A stretch of DNA of 64,000 nucleotides from an uncultured Acidobacteriota bacterium (GCA_963741715.1 CAVUJA010000002.1:369764-433763); one strand, 5' to 3'. Counted from the stretch's first letter, positions 26,510-36,513 are shown. The notes: a model not told the origin generated them from the letters alone. Numbers and translations are program-made.

Positions 26510-27520
26510 TCACTTGGCCGTGACTTTGACCTCGATCTGCTGCGAGCTGCCGCCAGCCGGCACCACGACCAGCCCCTGGTAATACGCCACCCGAAAGTCC
26601 AGGTCCACGAGCGGGATCGTCGCGGCGTCGAAGAAGCTGTCCAGGTCGGCGTCGTCGAGCGGCTCCACCCGGACGATGTACGGGCCCGGCGTCAGGCTCT
26701 GGATGAGGAACGTGCCGCTCGAGTCGAGCGAGAAGTTGCCGACGAGGACGCCGGTCGCGGGGTTGAATGCCACGGCGTGCGCGCCAATCACCCCCTGGCC
26801 GTTCTTCGTCACCCGGCCGCCCAGGCTTCCGAACTGCGCCGCGACGCCCGACCGCGGATAGATCTCCGTCAGACCGGCAATGTCGTCGGCGGTCGGCGTT
26901 CTGTCCACCACGATCCCCGGCGAGAACGCGATGGGAAACATCACGGCGTCCGCCGCGATGACGCGGCGCCCGCCGGTCGCGATGAGTTCCGTCTCGCCGA
27001 GCGCCGAGTGGCCCAGGCCGAAGAGGTGACCGGTTTCGTGGAGGATGATCGACTCCAGGTCGAACTTCCCGGACTCACCCGCGGCCGCCACCGACCACGG
27101 AAACGCCGAATTGAAGAAGATGTCGGCCTCGATCATCTCGCCGGTCGCTTCGTCGAACAGGAAGCTCGTGCTGCCGAGCACGCGATCGAGATCGGGCCGC
27201 GATTCGAAGCCGAGCGTGTTCTGCCCGTCTTCCTGGTCGGGCTCCGCAGAGGTGAAGCTGACGAACTGCGCGGACACGGAGGCGGTGCTGACGTTCTGCC
27301 ACGTGGTGAACGCGCGCGCGGCCGCGTCGCGGAACTGCGTCGACGTGACGTCCGGCGTGCCGCGATCGGTCACGAAGTAGCGAACGGGCAATGTCGTCCA
27401 CTTCACCGGAAGCGTCTTGCCGCCGACTGTGATGCCGTAGGTCTGGTAGGCGAGGGCGGGCCAGGGCTGCCCGAGCGCCAGCAGCACGCAGAGGGCTGGA
27501 ATCGATCGTGAGCGTCGCAT
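26510..27520 (-). CDS. secreted matrixin-like (M10) zinc metalloprotease with C-terminal carboxypeptidase-regulatory-like domain
   Basis: It has a signal peptide and the HETGHLFGLGH motif (HExxHxxGxxH). The tail GRVTKNGQGVIGAHAVAFN...PGPYIVRV is a beta-sandwich-like segment. Confidence 0.8.
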   Translation of the reverse strand: MRRSRSIPALCVLLALGQPWPALAYQTYGITVGGKTLPVKWTTLPVRYFVTDRGTPDVTSTQFRDAAARAFTTWQNVSTASVSAQFVSFTSAEPDQEDGQNTLGFESRPDLDRVLGSTSFLFDEATGEMIEADIFFNSAFPWSVAAAGESGKFDLESIILHETGHLFGLGHSALGETELIATGGRRVIAADAVMFPIAFSPGIVVDRTPTADDIAGLTEIYPRSGVAAQFGSLGGRVTKNGQGVIGAHAVAFNPATGVLVGNFSLDSSGTFLIQSLTPGPYIVRVEPLDDADLDSFFDAATIPLVDLDFRVAYYQGLVVVPAGGSSQQIEVKVTAK

Positions 27521-27533
27521 CGTCGCCTCCCGG

Positions 27534-28130
27534 CTACTTCTCGATCTTGCCGCTGCGGGGCCTCGGCACCTGCTGCGATTTGTCCGCGGACAGCACCGCG
27601 CGAAGGGTTGCCGAGAACCGGTCGACGCTCATCGGACGCCGCGCCGGGTCGCCCCTTGTCACGACGGTGTCGCCCTGGGAACTCGCCAGAAGCACGGGCG
27701 TGCTCACCAGCCGCTGCCCGGACTGCGGGTCGCGCCTCACGCGAAAGACACCCTGGCTCAGGCCGAGCACGTACGGCAGCGCCGGCGCGCGGGCGCCGAG
27801 GCAGACGATCACTTCCTCGCCCGGGCTGAAGCTCGGCGCCCCCACGGTGACGCTCCGATAGCGGCCCATGAGGCCGCCCGGCACCTGGAAGCTGACACGC
27901 CCGGCCATCGCGCCCTTGAACGTCTCGGCGACGTCGAGCGTCACGATCGTCGCGACGCGCCGTCGCCCGTCCGCCCACTCGGCGCGGACGTCCACCACCG
28001 TGCCGCGGACGATCGCGGCCGCCCCCCGGGCGATCTCGGAAAGATCGCCTGGCAGAAGCACCGTGGCGTGCACCTCCGGCGCGATCGCCGCCAGGAGAGC
28101 GACCGTGGGGAGCAACAGCTTGTATCGCAT
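27534..28130 (-). CDS. secreted hypothetical protein
   Basis: The ATG at 28130 is preceded by AAGGAAG. It has a signal peptide (MRYKLLLPTVALLAAIAPEVHA). I recognised no family. Confidence 0.6.
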   Translation of the reverse strand: MRYKLLLPTVALLAAIAPEVHATVLLPGDLSEIARGAAAIVRGTVVDVRAEWADGRRRVATIVTLDVAETFKGAMAGRVSFQVPGGLMGRYRSVTVGAPSFSPGEEVIVCLGARAPALPYVLGLSQGVFRVRRDPQSGQRLVSTPVLLASSQGDTVVTRGDPARRPMSVDRFSATLRAVLSADKSQQVPRPRSGKIEK

Positions 28131-28162
28131 GGCTTCCTTATACCACGCCGGAATCGATGGCG

Positions 28163-29302
28163 TCAGCGGCGACACGCGCGCGCCGCGTCGAGAACCGCCT
28201 CCGCCGCCCGGCGGCTGGCGCCGTGGCCGCCCAGCCGCGACTTCACGTCGCGGAGGGCGGCAACCATCGCCTGCCGCGCGGCGGCATCGGTGAGGAGCCG
28301 GATCGTCTCGGCGGCGACGGCATCCGGCGTGAACCCGTCCTGGATCAACTCGGTCGCCACCCGGGAGCCGGCCACGAGGTTCACCATCCCGAACGTGTCC
28401 ACGTGGACGAACCGCCTGCCAATCGCATAGCTCAGCGGAGACACCCGGTACACGATGACCATCGGGCACTCGTGGATGGCCGCCTGCACCGTGGCGGTCC
28501 CGGACGCCGTGATCACCGCATCTGCCGATGCCAGCACGTCGTCGCTGCGCCCCTCGACGACGACGGCCGGCACCGCGCACGACGCCAGCGGATCCAGGAG
28601 CGACTCCGAGAGCCCGGGCGCGCGGGCGAGCACGAACTGGACGCCGGGAACCCCGGCGGCAATCTGCGGCAGCGCGGCCACGACGGGAGGCAGGATCTCG
28701 CGCACCTCGTTGGCGCGGCTGCCGGGGAGGAGGGCGACGACGGGGCGGGACGGGTCGAGTCCGGCCCCACGCAGAAACACGTCGCGCGAGACGGTGGCCG
28801 AGGCCAACTCCACGAGCGGGTGGCCGACGAACGTCGCCGGCGTGCCGGCCGCCTGGTAGATTTGCGGTTCGAACGGGAAGATCACCAGGATGCGGTCCGC
28901 GAGCGTCTTCAGCGTCCGCAGCCGCCCGCTCCGCCACGCCCAGACCTGGGGCGGGATGTAGTAGACGATCGGCACGCCGAGCCGCCGAACCGCCGCCGCC
29001 AGCCGGAAGTTGAAATCCGGATAGTCGATCGCGACGAAGACGTCGGGGCGCGCCTCGCGGACGGCCCGGACCAGCCGCCGATACATGCCGAGTGAAGCCG
29101 GCAGCACGCGGAGCGCCTCGACGAGCCCCGTCACCGCGAGGCCGCGATAGTCGCCCACCAGCGAGGCGCCCGCGGCCGCCAGCCGGTCCCCGCCGAAACC
29201 GGTGACGCGCACGCCGGGATCGAGGGCGCGGAGATTCGAGGCAAGGGCGCCGGCGTAGAGGTCGCCTGACGGTTCGCCGCACGACACGAACACGGTCGGC
29301 AT
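28163..29302 (-). CDS. lpxB: lipid-A-disaccharide synthase
   Basis: Motifs present are VSCGEPSGDLYAG, IDYPDFNFRLA, YYIPPQVWAWR and FVGHPL. Confidence 0.92.
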   Translation of the reverse strand: MPTVFVSCGEPSGDLYAGALASNLRALDPGVRVTGFGGDRLAAAGASLVGDYRGLAVTGLVEALRVLPASLGMYRRLVRAVREARPDVFVAIDYPDFNFRLAAAVRRLGVPIVYYIPPQVWAWRSGRLRTLKTLADRILVIFPFEPQIYQAAGTPATFVGHPLVELASATVSRDVFLRGAGLDPSRPVVALLPGSRANEVREILPPVVAALPQIAAGVPGVQFVLARAPGLSESLLDPLASCAVPAVVVEGRSDDVLASADAVITASGTATVQAAIHECPMVIVYRVSPLSYAIGRRFVHVDTFGMVNLVAGSRVATELIQDGFTPDAVAAETIRLLTDAAARQAMVAALRDVKSRLGGHGASRRAAEAVLDAARACRR

Positions 29303-31579
29303 CTACGGCGCTTTCTCGGGCTTGACGAACAGCGCCGGGTCCAGGGGGACGTTCACCTTGACGTCGGTCACGACGCGGCTCGACACCAGCAGGCCGCCGC
29401 GGCGCAGCGCGGCGCGAAAGGCGATCTTCACGCCGTCCACGTCGCGGAAATCGGAGTAGGACTCTTCCGCGGTGCCGCCGCCCCCCGGCAGTTGGTACTC
29501 CTCTTTCACCACCATGCCGTTGGCCGTGTCGATGAACAGCGTCACCGGCTCCATGTCGGCCGACGACAGATCGACCGCGCGGATGCTCTTCAGCGCGTCC
29601 GGGCTCTTGTCCGGCGCGCGCAGCTTCATGGTCAGCTGGCCCTCCTTCGCCCGCAGGAGCAGCGAGAGCACGTCCCGCCGCACGCTGTCGCGGAAGTCCT
29701 TTCTCGCGGCCGGCGGCGGCACCACCACGCCCCGGTTCGGATCCTTCACCCACGCGTCGTCTCCGCCCGCGTACACCTGAACCACCTGTCCGACGGCGAG
29801 CCGGGCCTCGACGCGAAACTTGTCCGGGTACTCGACGTAGGTGACCGTCTCGGTGGTCACCGGCCCCTGCGGCGAGTTGAAGGTCGACTGCGCGACGGCC
29901 TTCAGCGTCTTCACCGCCTTCAGCTTCTCGAGGCCGCCCTTGGCCTCTATCGCCCGGTCGATCAGGCCGCTCGCGGTGGGCTGCGCGTCCGGCAGGGCAC
30001 CCACCTGCCCGTAGGACGCGCGGAGTCCGCCGGTGAACAGGGAGGAGGGCGCGCGGGCGGCGCGGAACGCCGGTGCCGGCCCCGCGGGCGCGGGCGGGGC
30101 CTTCTTCCGCTTCAGATCCGGCTGCAAGACGTCCAGGTCCGCCAGCGGGATCACTTCGACCCTCTTGAAGCCGACGCGCGTCAACTGGTCGAGGAATGCC
30201 GACGCGTCTCCCACGAGGACGACCGCCAACCGGTCGGGCTCCAGGTACTTGTTGGCCACCCACTCGATGTCGTCGATGCTCACCGCGTTCACGCGCTGAC
30301 GGAAGGTCCGCAACTCCTCGAGCGGAAGGTCGTAGAACAGCACGTTGAGCACCTGGGCGGCGATGTCGGTCGGCGTCTCGATCGTCAGCGGGAAGTTGCC
30401 GGTGAGGTACGCTTTGGCGTCCGCGAGTTCGCTCTCGCCGACGCGCTCGCGCCGGAGCCTCCAGAACTCGTCGGTCATCAGGCGCATCACCTCACCGGTG
30501 GCGTCGGACCTCGTGTTGGTCTGCGCGGCGATCTCGCCGGTCCGCCTCAGGGTCTCCAGGTCGGCCTGGGCGCCGTAGGTCAGGCCGCGCTCGGCGCGAA
30601 GCACGCGGTGCAGCCGGTTGGCGCCGGCACCCCCCAGCACCTTCACGGCCAGGTTGAGCGCCATGTAGTCGCCGTTCTTGCGCGGAATGCCGATCTGCCC
30701 CATCCGAATCTCGGTCTGCACGGCATCGCGCTTGTCGAGCACGACCACCCGCCTGGCCGGCCTCGGCGGCTGCGCCGCACGTTCCGCCGGGACATCATGC
30801 CTCGGCCAGTCGCCGAACGCCTTCGTGACCGCCGCCATCGCCTCGCCCGTCGTCACGTCGCCGACGACGGCCAACAGGCAGTCGTTGGGCACGAAGTAGC
30901 GGCGGTGGAACTCGACGAGGTCCTGTCGTGTCAGCTTCTCGATCGACGCGGGAGTGCCGCTGCCCGGCGCCCCGTACGGATGACGGCCGTAGACGAGCCG
31001 GTCGAAGACGACGTCGGCGACGTAGGCCGGGTCCTCGTAGCTGACGCGCAGGGCGCCGGCCAGCTGCTGGCGCTGGCGCTCGAGTTCCGCCCCGGCGAAT
31101 GCCGGCCGCCGGAGCACGTCGGCCAGCAGCGACATGCCGAGATCCAGGCCGTCCTTCATCACGGTCACGTTGACGTAGGACAGGTCGCGGCCGACGCCCG
31201 TTTCGAGGTCGCCGCCTGCCGTATCTATCGCGTCCGCAACCTGCTGGGCGGTTCGGCTGGCGGTCCCCTGGTCGAGCAGCGCGGCGACCATCGACGCGAC
31301 GCCCGGCTTGTCCGACGGGTCCTGCGCCGGTCCCGCGCGGACGATCACCCTGATGCTGATGGCCGGCTGCTCGTCCCGCACGACGATGACGACGGGCAGC
31401 CCGTTGGGGAGCGTGCGGACGTCGAACGGCGGGAACTTCGTCTCTCGGAACGGCAGCGGCCGCGGGGCCGAGCTCGATGGCCACGCGGGCGTCTGCCCCG
31501 CCGCGAGCGCCGCACACCCGACGGTCGCCAGCGCCGCGAAGACGGCCGCAAACCGCAATTGCCGTGCGCGCGTCCGCAT
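29303..31579 (-). CDS. M16 family peptidase-like protein (no HxxEH motif) fused to a C-terminal LolA-like/lipoprotein-sorting-like domain
   Basis: The N-terminal ~470 aa have the M16 two-domain architecture without the zinc motif. The C-terminal ~270 aa (ETVTYVEYPDKFRVEA...SYSDFRDVDGVKIAF) resemble LolA-fold domains. Confidence 0.8.
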   Translation of the reverse strand: MRTRARQLRFAAVFAALATVGCAALAAGQTPAWPSSSAPRPLPFRETKFPPFDVRTLPNGLPVVIVVRDEQPAISIRVIVRAGPAQDPSDKPGVASMVAALLDQGTASRTAQQVADAIDTAGGDLETGVGRDLSYVNVTVMKDGLDLGMSLLADVLRRPAFAGAELERQRQQLAGALRVSYEDPAYVADVVFDRLVYGRHPYGAPGSGTPASIEKLTRQDLVEFHRRYFVPNDCLLAVVGDVTTGEAMAAVTKAFGDWPRHDVPAERAAQPPRPARRVVVLDKRDAVQTEIRMGQIGIPRKNGDYMALNLAVKVLGGAGANRLHRVLRAERGLTYGAQADLETLRRTGEIAAQTNTRSDATGEVMRLMTDEFWRLRRERVGESELADAKAYLTGNFPLTIETPTDIAAQVLNVLFYDLPLEELRTFRQRVNAVSIDDIEWVANKYLEPDRLAVVLVGDASAFLDQLTRVGFKRVEVIPLADLDVLQPDLKRKKAPPAPAGPAPAFRAARAPSSLFTGGLRASYGQVGALPDAQPTASGLIDRAIEAKGGLEKLKAVKTLKAVAQSTFNSPQGPVTTETVTYVEYPDKFRVEARLAVGQVVQVYAGGDDAWVKDPNRGVVVPPPAARKDFRDSVRRDVLSLLLRAKEGQLTMKLRAPDKSPDALKSIRAVDLSSADMEPVTLFIDTANGMVVKEEYQLPGGGGTAEESYSDFRDVDGVKIAFRAALRRGGLLVSSRVVTDVKVNVPLDPALFVKPEKAP

Positions 31580-31606
31580 GATCGTTCTCGACGGCCTCCC
31601 CGGACC

Positions 31607-32977
31607 CTACCGCGCGCCGTCGCGCGGCACGATCGTCAACACCGTGCGATTCTCCGGCCTGAAGTAGGTCCGCGCCACCCGCTGCACGTCGGCGGCGGAC
31701 GTGTTCATGAAGATATCGAACTCGCCGTCCGCCGTCGTCGCGTCACCCTTGTGGATCACGATGGCGTGCGCCAGCTGCCTGGCCTTCTGCTGGTTCGATT
31801 CCCGCCCGATGATGTAGTCGCGCGCAAACTGGTTCTTCGCCCGCGCGAGTTCGTGCTCCGTGATCGGCTCGTCCCGGAGGCGATCGAGTTCCGCAATCAG
31901 CGCACGCTCCACGTCGGCCGCCGACCGCCCGGGCTGCACGATGGCCACCGCGTAGAACAGATTCGGATCCTCGACGATGTTGCCGCCGCCGAACGCGGCC
32001 AGGGCCAAGCCCTTCTGGTAGACGAGCGCCTGGTAGATCCGCGAGCTCTGACCGTCGGAGAGCACCTTCGCGGCGACCTGCAGCGGGTACGCGTCGGGGT
32101 GGCCGTCGTACGTCACGTGGTACGCCACGACCACGACGGGCAGCGGCCAGTTCTCGGTCAGCGACAGTCTTCGCTCCTCCTTCTGCCCGGGCTCCTTCGG
32201 AAGGTCGCGCGCGATGATCCGGTCGGAGCGCGGAACCGGCCCGAAGTACTGCGTGGCAAGCGCCAGCGCCTGCCTGGCGTCGAAGTCGCCGACCAGCGCC
32301 AGGGTCGCATTGCCCGGCGTGTAGTAGGTGCGATAGAAGTCGCGCACGTCCTCCACGGAGGCCGCGTCGAGATCCTTCATGCTGCCGATCGTGGTGTGCC
32401 CGTACGGGTGCACGGTGAAGGTGTTCTGGTAGATGAGGTCGGCGAGCCCGCCGTAGGGCCGGTTCTCCACCTGCATCCGGCGCTCCTCCTCGACGACCGC
32501 GCGTTCGCGCTCGAAGGTGCTCTTGTCCACCGTCAGCGAGGCCATGCGATCCGCCTCGAGCCAGAGCACCAGCGGCAGGTACTGCGCGGGCACCGTCTCC
32601 CAGAACACGGTGACGTCTTCGGTCGTGTAGGCGTTGGCCATTCCGCCGACGCCGGAGATCATCGACGTGTGGCTCTCGGGCTGGACGTTCTTCGACCCCT
32701 TGAACATGAGGTGCTCGAACAGGTGGGCGAAGCCGGTGCGGCCCGGCCGTTCGTCCTTCGAGCCGACGTGATACCACACCTGGGCGTGGACGATGGGCGT
32801 GGAGTGATCTTCCAGCAGGACGATCGTCAGGCCGTTCGGCAGCGTGGCAACCTCGTAGTTCAGCTTCGGCGGGCGCACGGCCGCGGGCGCGGGCACCGCG
32901 TTCGCGAGCAGGCAGAGCGCCGCCATCAGCCGCGCAGACAACCGGCGGGAACGCGCCATACGAGGATTATGGCACAT
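31607..32977 (-). CDS. M16 family zinc peptidase (PqqL/insulinase-like, catalytic subunit)
   Basis: The HLFEH (HxxEH) zinc motif occurs in GFAHLFEHLMFKGS. A signal peptide is present. Confidence 0.9.
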   Translation of the reverse strand: MCHNPRMARSRRLSARLMAALCLLANAVPAPAAVRPPKLNYEVATLPNGLTIVLLEDHSTPIVHAQVWYHVGSKDERPGRTGFAHLFEHLMFKGSKNVQPESHTSMISGVGGMANAYTTEDVTVFWETVPAQYLPLVLWLEADRMASLTVDKSTFERERAVVEEERRMQVENRPYGGLADLIYQNTFTVHPYGHTTIGSMKDLDAASVEDVRDFYRTYYTPGNATLALVGDFDARQALALATQYFGPVPRSDRIIARDLPKEPGQKEERRLSLTENWPLPVVVVAYHVTYDGHPDAYPLQVAAKVLSDGQSSRIYQALVYQKGLALAAFGGGNIVEDPNLFYAVAIVQPGRSAADVERALIAELDRLRDEPITEHELARAKNQFARDYIIGRESNQQKARQLAHAIVIHKGDATTADGEFDIFMNTSAADVQRVARTYFRPENRTVLTIVPRDGAR

Positions 32978-33044
32978 GGGCTCGGGGCTGCCATCGATGG
33001 GCGAGGGCTTGCGGAGTGCGTCGGCGACCCCGTCTCGCGCCCTG

Positions 33045-34112
33045 CTATTCCGCCCGTTCGTCGCCGGCGAGGGCCAGCCGCACTTCGAGCGCGGCCAGGC
33101 GGTCGTCGAGGTCGGCCACGGCCTTCTTGAGTTCGGGCAGCCGGCGAAACACGGCGGACGCCTTCAGCCATTCGCGGTTGGCGATGGCCGGGTAGCCCGA
33201 CACGTGCGCGCCCGGCTCCACCGAGTTCGGGATGCCGCTCTGCGCGGAGGCAACGACGCGGTCGCCGATCTCGAGGTGGCCCGACACGCCCACCTGGCCA
33301 GCCAGGATGACGTTCTCGCCGATCGTGGCGCTTCCCGCGATGCCCACCTGCGCGCACAGCAGCGTGTTCCGGCCGACGGTCACGCCGTGCGCGACCTGCA
33401 CGAGGTTGTCGATCTTCACCCCGGCGGCGATTCGCGTCCGGCCGACGGCCGGCCGGTCGATCGTCGAGTTCGCTCCCACTTCCACGTCGTCCTCGAGCAC
33501 GACGATGCCGGGCTGCGGGATCTTCTCGTACGACCCATCGTCCCTGCGGGCGAAGCCGAAGCCGTCGCTGCCCACGACCGCCCCGTCCTGCAGCACGACC
33601 CGCTGTCCCACGACGCAACCCTCGCGGACCGACACGCGCGCGTGCAGCACGCTGCCATCGCCGATCACCGCTCCGCGGCCGATCGAGGTGTGCGGGCCGA
33701 TCACCACGTCACGCCCGATCGTGGCGTCCTCGTCGACCGACACGAACGCGGCAATGGAGACGCCGTCGCCGATGACGGCGCTCGGCGCCACCCACGCGAG
33801 GGGGTGGACCCCCGGCGCGGGCGCCGCGGGGGGCATCAACACCCCGACCGCGCGCGCGAAGGCCAGGTAGGGATTGCTCGCGCGCAGCATCGCGCACGGG
33901 GCCGCGGGCGCCTTCTCGGGAAGGATGACGGCCGACGCCCGGGTGGTCGCGAGAGCCGCCGCGTAGCGCGGGTTCGACAGGAACGTGACGTCCCCGGGGC
34001 CCGCCTCCTCGATGCCGGCCACCCTCCGGACGTCGCAGTCACCGTCCCCGTCGAGGCGGCAGCCGAGCCGTACTGAGAGCTCGTGTAGTTTCAAGGCGCT
34101 GGAGTATATCAC
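33045..34112 (-). CDS. lpxD: UDP-3-O-acylglucosamine N-acyltransferase
   Basis: It has left-handed beta-helix hexapeptide repeats and the LpxD N-terminus (LKLHELSVRLG...). The GTG at 34112 forms a GTGA overlap with the upstream stop. A TTG at 34094 is an alternative start. Confidence 0.9.
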   Translation of the reverse strand: MIYSSALKLHELSVRLGCRLDGDGDCDVRRVAGIEEAGPGDVTFLSNPRYAAALATTRASAVILPEKAPAAPCAMLRASNPYLAFARAVGVLMPPAAPAPGVHPLAWVAPSAVIGDGVSIAAFVSVDEDATIGRDVVIGPHTSIGRGAVIGDGSVLHARVSVREGCVVGQRVVLQDGAVVGSDGFGFARRDDGSYEKIPQPGIVVLEDDVEVGANSTIDRPAVGRTRIAAGVKIDNLVQVAHGVTVGRNTLLCAQVGIAGSATIGENVILAGQVGVSGHLEIGDRVVASAQSGIPNSVEPGAHVSGYPAIANREWLKASAVFRRLPELKKAVADLDDRLAALEVRLALAGDERAE

Positions 34113-34807
34113 GCGGTCCGGACGGCGATTCGCTCGAAGAACCTGGCCAGCTTGGAGAGGCCGAGCTCCCGTTCGACCGCGCGGACGCGCTGGATCTGCT
34201 CGGCGGCCGGGAGGGCGCCGAGCTGCGACAATTCGGCGAGGGCCGGGCTTGGGGCCAGCTCCCACTCGACCCGCCGCAGCCCCTGTCGCGCGCCGCGAAC
34301 GGCGAGCAGGTGACCGACCACGCGGAACGTGAAGTAGTAGCTCGCCACGTTGGGGCCGGGCAGCGGCGTCAGGAGTCCTGACACCAGAAGGGCGACGCCG
34401 TCGACGACCAGCCAGCGCAAGTGGCGGTCGGCGTCGGACTGGAGGAGCCGGCGAATCTCGGCCAGGGCACGGGCGTCGTCGAGATACGCCGGGTACAGGG
34501 CGCGCGCACGCTGCCGCCCGCGCAGCCGCCACAGCAGCCGCTGCTCCGCCACGCGTTCCGCCAGCCCCCGCACGCCACGCGCCCGCAGCCGCCGCCAGAA
34601 GCCGTCGGAGTGCTGCTGGTTCGCGCGAATGCGCGCGAGTTCCCGCTCGTACTCGTGCTCGACCGCCACCAGCATCCGGCTGAAGCGCTCGTGCAGCCGT
34701 CGGAACAGTCCGCTGGACGCCTCGGGGTTCGGCACGGGCGGGTCTTCGGCCGATTCGCAGTAGAGTTCGAAGCGTTCTGGCCCGGTCGGGACCAGGTAGA
34801 CGTCCAT
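34109..34807 (-). CDS. conserved hypothetical protein, translationally coupled to lpxD
   Basis: It is a 232-aa ORF with non-shadow composition (MDVYLVPTGPERFELYCESAEDP...). It has one or two hydrophobic segments. I could not assign a family with confidence. Confidence 0.6.
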   Translation of the reverse strand: MDVYLVPTGPERFELYCESAEDPPVPNPEASSGLFRRLHERFSRMLVAVEHEYERELARIRANQQHSDGFWRRLRARGVRGLAERVAEQRLLWRLRGRQRARALYPAYLDDARALAEIRRLLQSDADRHLRWLVVDGVALLVSGLLTPLPGPNVASYYFTFRVVGHLLAVRGARQGLRRVEWELAPSPALAELSQLGALPAAEQIQRVRAVERELGLSKLARFFERIAVRTA

Positions 34808-34857
34808 CAGCGCTACGATAACACGCGGTATGATGGCCGTGGAGCCGGTCGCGTCGC

Positions 34858-35889
34858 GTGGACAACATCACCCACTCGCTGTTCGCACTGACCCTTGCCA
34901 ACGTCGGCGTGCGTCGAGCCGGGCGCGGATCGACGGCCGCGCTGCTCGTCGCCTCGAACATCCCCGACATCGAGATCCTCACGGCGCTGACCGGCGGACG
35001 GGTCGGCTACCTGGCCGCCCACCGCGGGCCGACGCACGGTCCGCTGGGGCTGGCGCTCGCCCTCGCCACGGGCGCCGGCGTCTGGCTGGCCATGCGCGCG
35101 TCACGGCGGAGGACCGAGTCGGCGAGCCTCCGCGCGCTCGTCGCCATCTCGTCGCTCGGCGTCCTCGGGCACGTCGCGATGGACTTTGCCACCTCCTACG
35201 GAACGAGGGTCCTGAGCCCGTTCCGGCCAACGTGGTACGGCGTCGACTGGATGCCGATCGTGGACCCGTTCCTCTGGTTCGTCCTGACCGCCGCGGTCGT
35301 CGGCGCCAGCGTCCGGCCGGCGCTCCGGGCGCGACTGGCCGCCGTCGCGCTCGCCCTCGCGGCCGGCGACTACGCGCTTCGAGGCGCCGCGCACGCGGTG
35401 GCGCTGAACGACGCGGTCGCGATCCAGGCGCGGGTCAACGACGCGGCCGCCGAGCGGCCGAGCACGGTGTTCAGCTACCTGAGCCCGAGCCACCCGGCGG
35501 CGTTGCCCGCCGCCCTGCCCACGTTCTGGTCGCCGTTCCGGTGGCGGCTGGTCATGCGGGTGCCCGGCGGATTCGAGGTGAGGACGCTCGATGTGTTCGG
35601 GGGGGCGCTCGAAGGCGACGGGATCGTGTTCCCGGACGACGCGGGGCCGATGGTCGCGCACGCGGCCTCGGCGAGGCTGGCGCAGATCTTCATCGGCTTC
35701 TCACGGTTCCCCGCGGCCGATGCGATCAGGCACCGGGACGGCCGAACGACCGTGCACTGGTACGACTTGCGCTTTGCCCAACAGCCGTTCAGCAGCGCCG
35801 ACGGACGGCATTACACGAGTCCATTCGCGGTGTGGGTGCGGCTCTCCCCCGCCGGAGAGATCATCGGCCAGGGCCTCGGCCCGGGGTAG
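34858..35889 (+). CDS. membrane-bound metal-dependent hydrolase, YdjM/DUF457-like
   Basis: The N-terminus reads MDNITHSLFALTLANVG, with HRGPTHGP and HVAMDFATSYG His-rich motifs in TM helices. Confidence 0.7.
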   Translation: MDNITHSLFALTLANVGVRRAGRGSTAALLVASNIPDIEILTALTGGRVGYLAAHRGPTHGPLGLALALATGAGVWLAMRASRRRTESASLRALVAISSLGVLGHVAMDFATSYGTRVLSPFRPTWYGVDWMPIVDPFLWFVLTAAVVGASVRPALRARLAAVALALAAGDYALRGAAHAVALNDAVAIQARVNDAAAERPSTVFSYLSPSHPAALPAALPTFWSPFRWRLVMRVPGGFEVRTLDVFGGALEGDGIVFPDDAGPMVAHAASARLAQIFIGFSRFPAADAIRHRDGRTTVHWYDLRFAQQPFSSADGRHYTSPFAVWVRLSPAGEIIGQGLGPG

Positions 35890-35970
35890 GTCCGGGCCGT
35901 GGAGGCGCTGGGCCCCGCCGGAGGCGCAGCGCTCAGGCGGCGGTGTGAGGCGAGCCTGAAGGGTCCGGCG

Positions 35971-36513
35971 TCACCGTGGGTTCTCGCCGAACACCTCTGC
36001 CTGGAACTTGAAGATCTTCGCCCCCGATCGCCACGCGTCCGGGCGGAGGCCGGCCTTCAGGCAGGTGTGCGCGAGGAAGGTGTCGCGGTCCCACCGCTGC
36101 TCGGTCGCCACCTGCGGAAGCAGCAGGCCCCTCCGAAAGCCCTCCTGCACCACCAGCCCGTCGCGCCCGACTTCGATCTCGGCCACGTCGTTCACCTTGC
36201 GGATGGGCGTGAGCACCGAGATCTCGACGTCGAGGTCCTTCAATTCGCCCGCGCCCAGCGACGGAAAACGCGGGTCTTCGGTCGCCGCCGCCACCGCGCA
36301 GTGCCCCACCACCTCGTCGAGCCGCTTCTCGGATCCCGGATAGCCGATGCAGCCGCGCAGTTCGCGATGGACGTGGATCGTCACGAAGGCGCCCGCGTGG
36401 TCGTGAGGGTCGGCCAGGTCGATCGGCCGCGGCGGCGCGGCACCGGTGAGGCGCGCGACGATCGTCGCCCTGGCGAACTGGAGCAACGCCTCGCGCTCAG
36501 GGGGTGTCAGCAT
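35971..36513 (-). CDS. AMMECR1 domain protein
   Basis: GAFVTIHVHRELRGCIGY and LLLPQVA are hallmark AMMECR1 motifs. Confidence 0.88.
   Translation of the reverse strand: MLTPPEREALLQFARATIVARLTGAAPPRPIDLADPHDHAGAFVTIHVHRELRGCIGYPGSEKRLDEVVGHCAVAAATEDPRFPSLGAGELKDLDVEISVLTPIRKVNDVAEIEVGRDGLVVQEGFRRGLLLPQVATEQRWDRDTFLAHTCLKAGLRPDAWRSGAKIFKFQAEVFGENPR

Noticed and set aside
29492-33130. Very long ORFs antisense to well-supported genes. Examples: 1212 aa here, 959 aa at 5368-8247(-), 1201 aa at 56872-60477(-), 681 aa at 53209-55254(-), 870 aa at 17142-19754(+).
   Set aside because: Their translations are dominated by R, A, G, P and H/D runs with no recognisable motifs. They lie opposite genes with clear family signatures. 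These are typical shadow frames of ~70% GC DNA.
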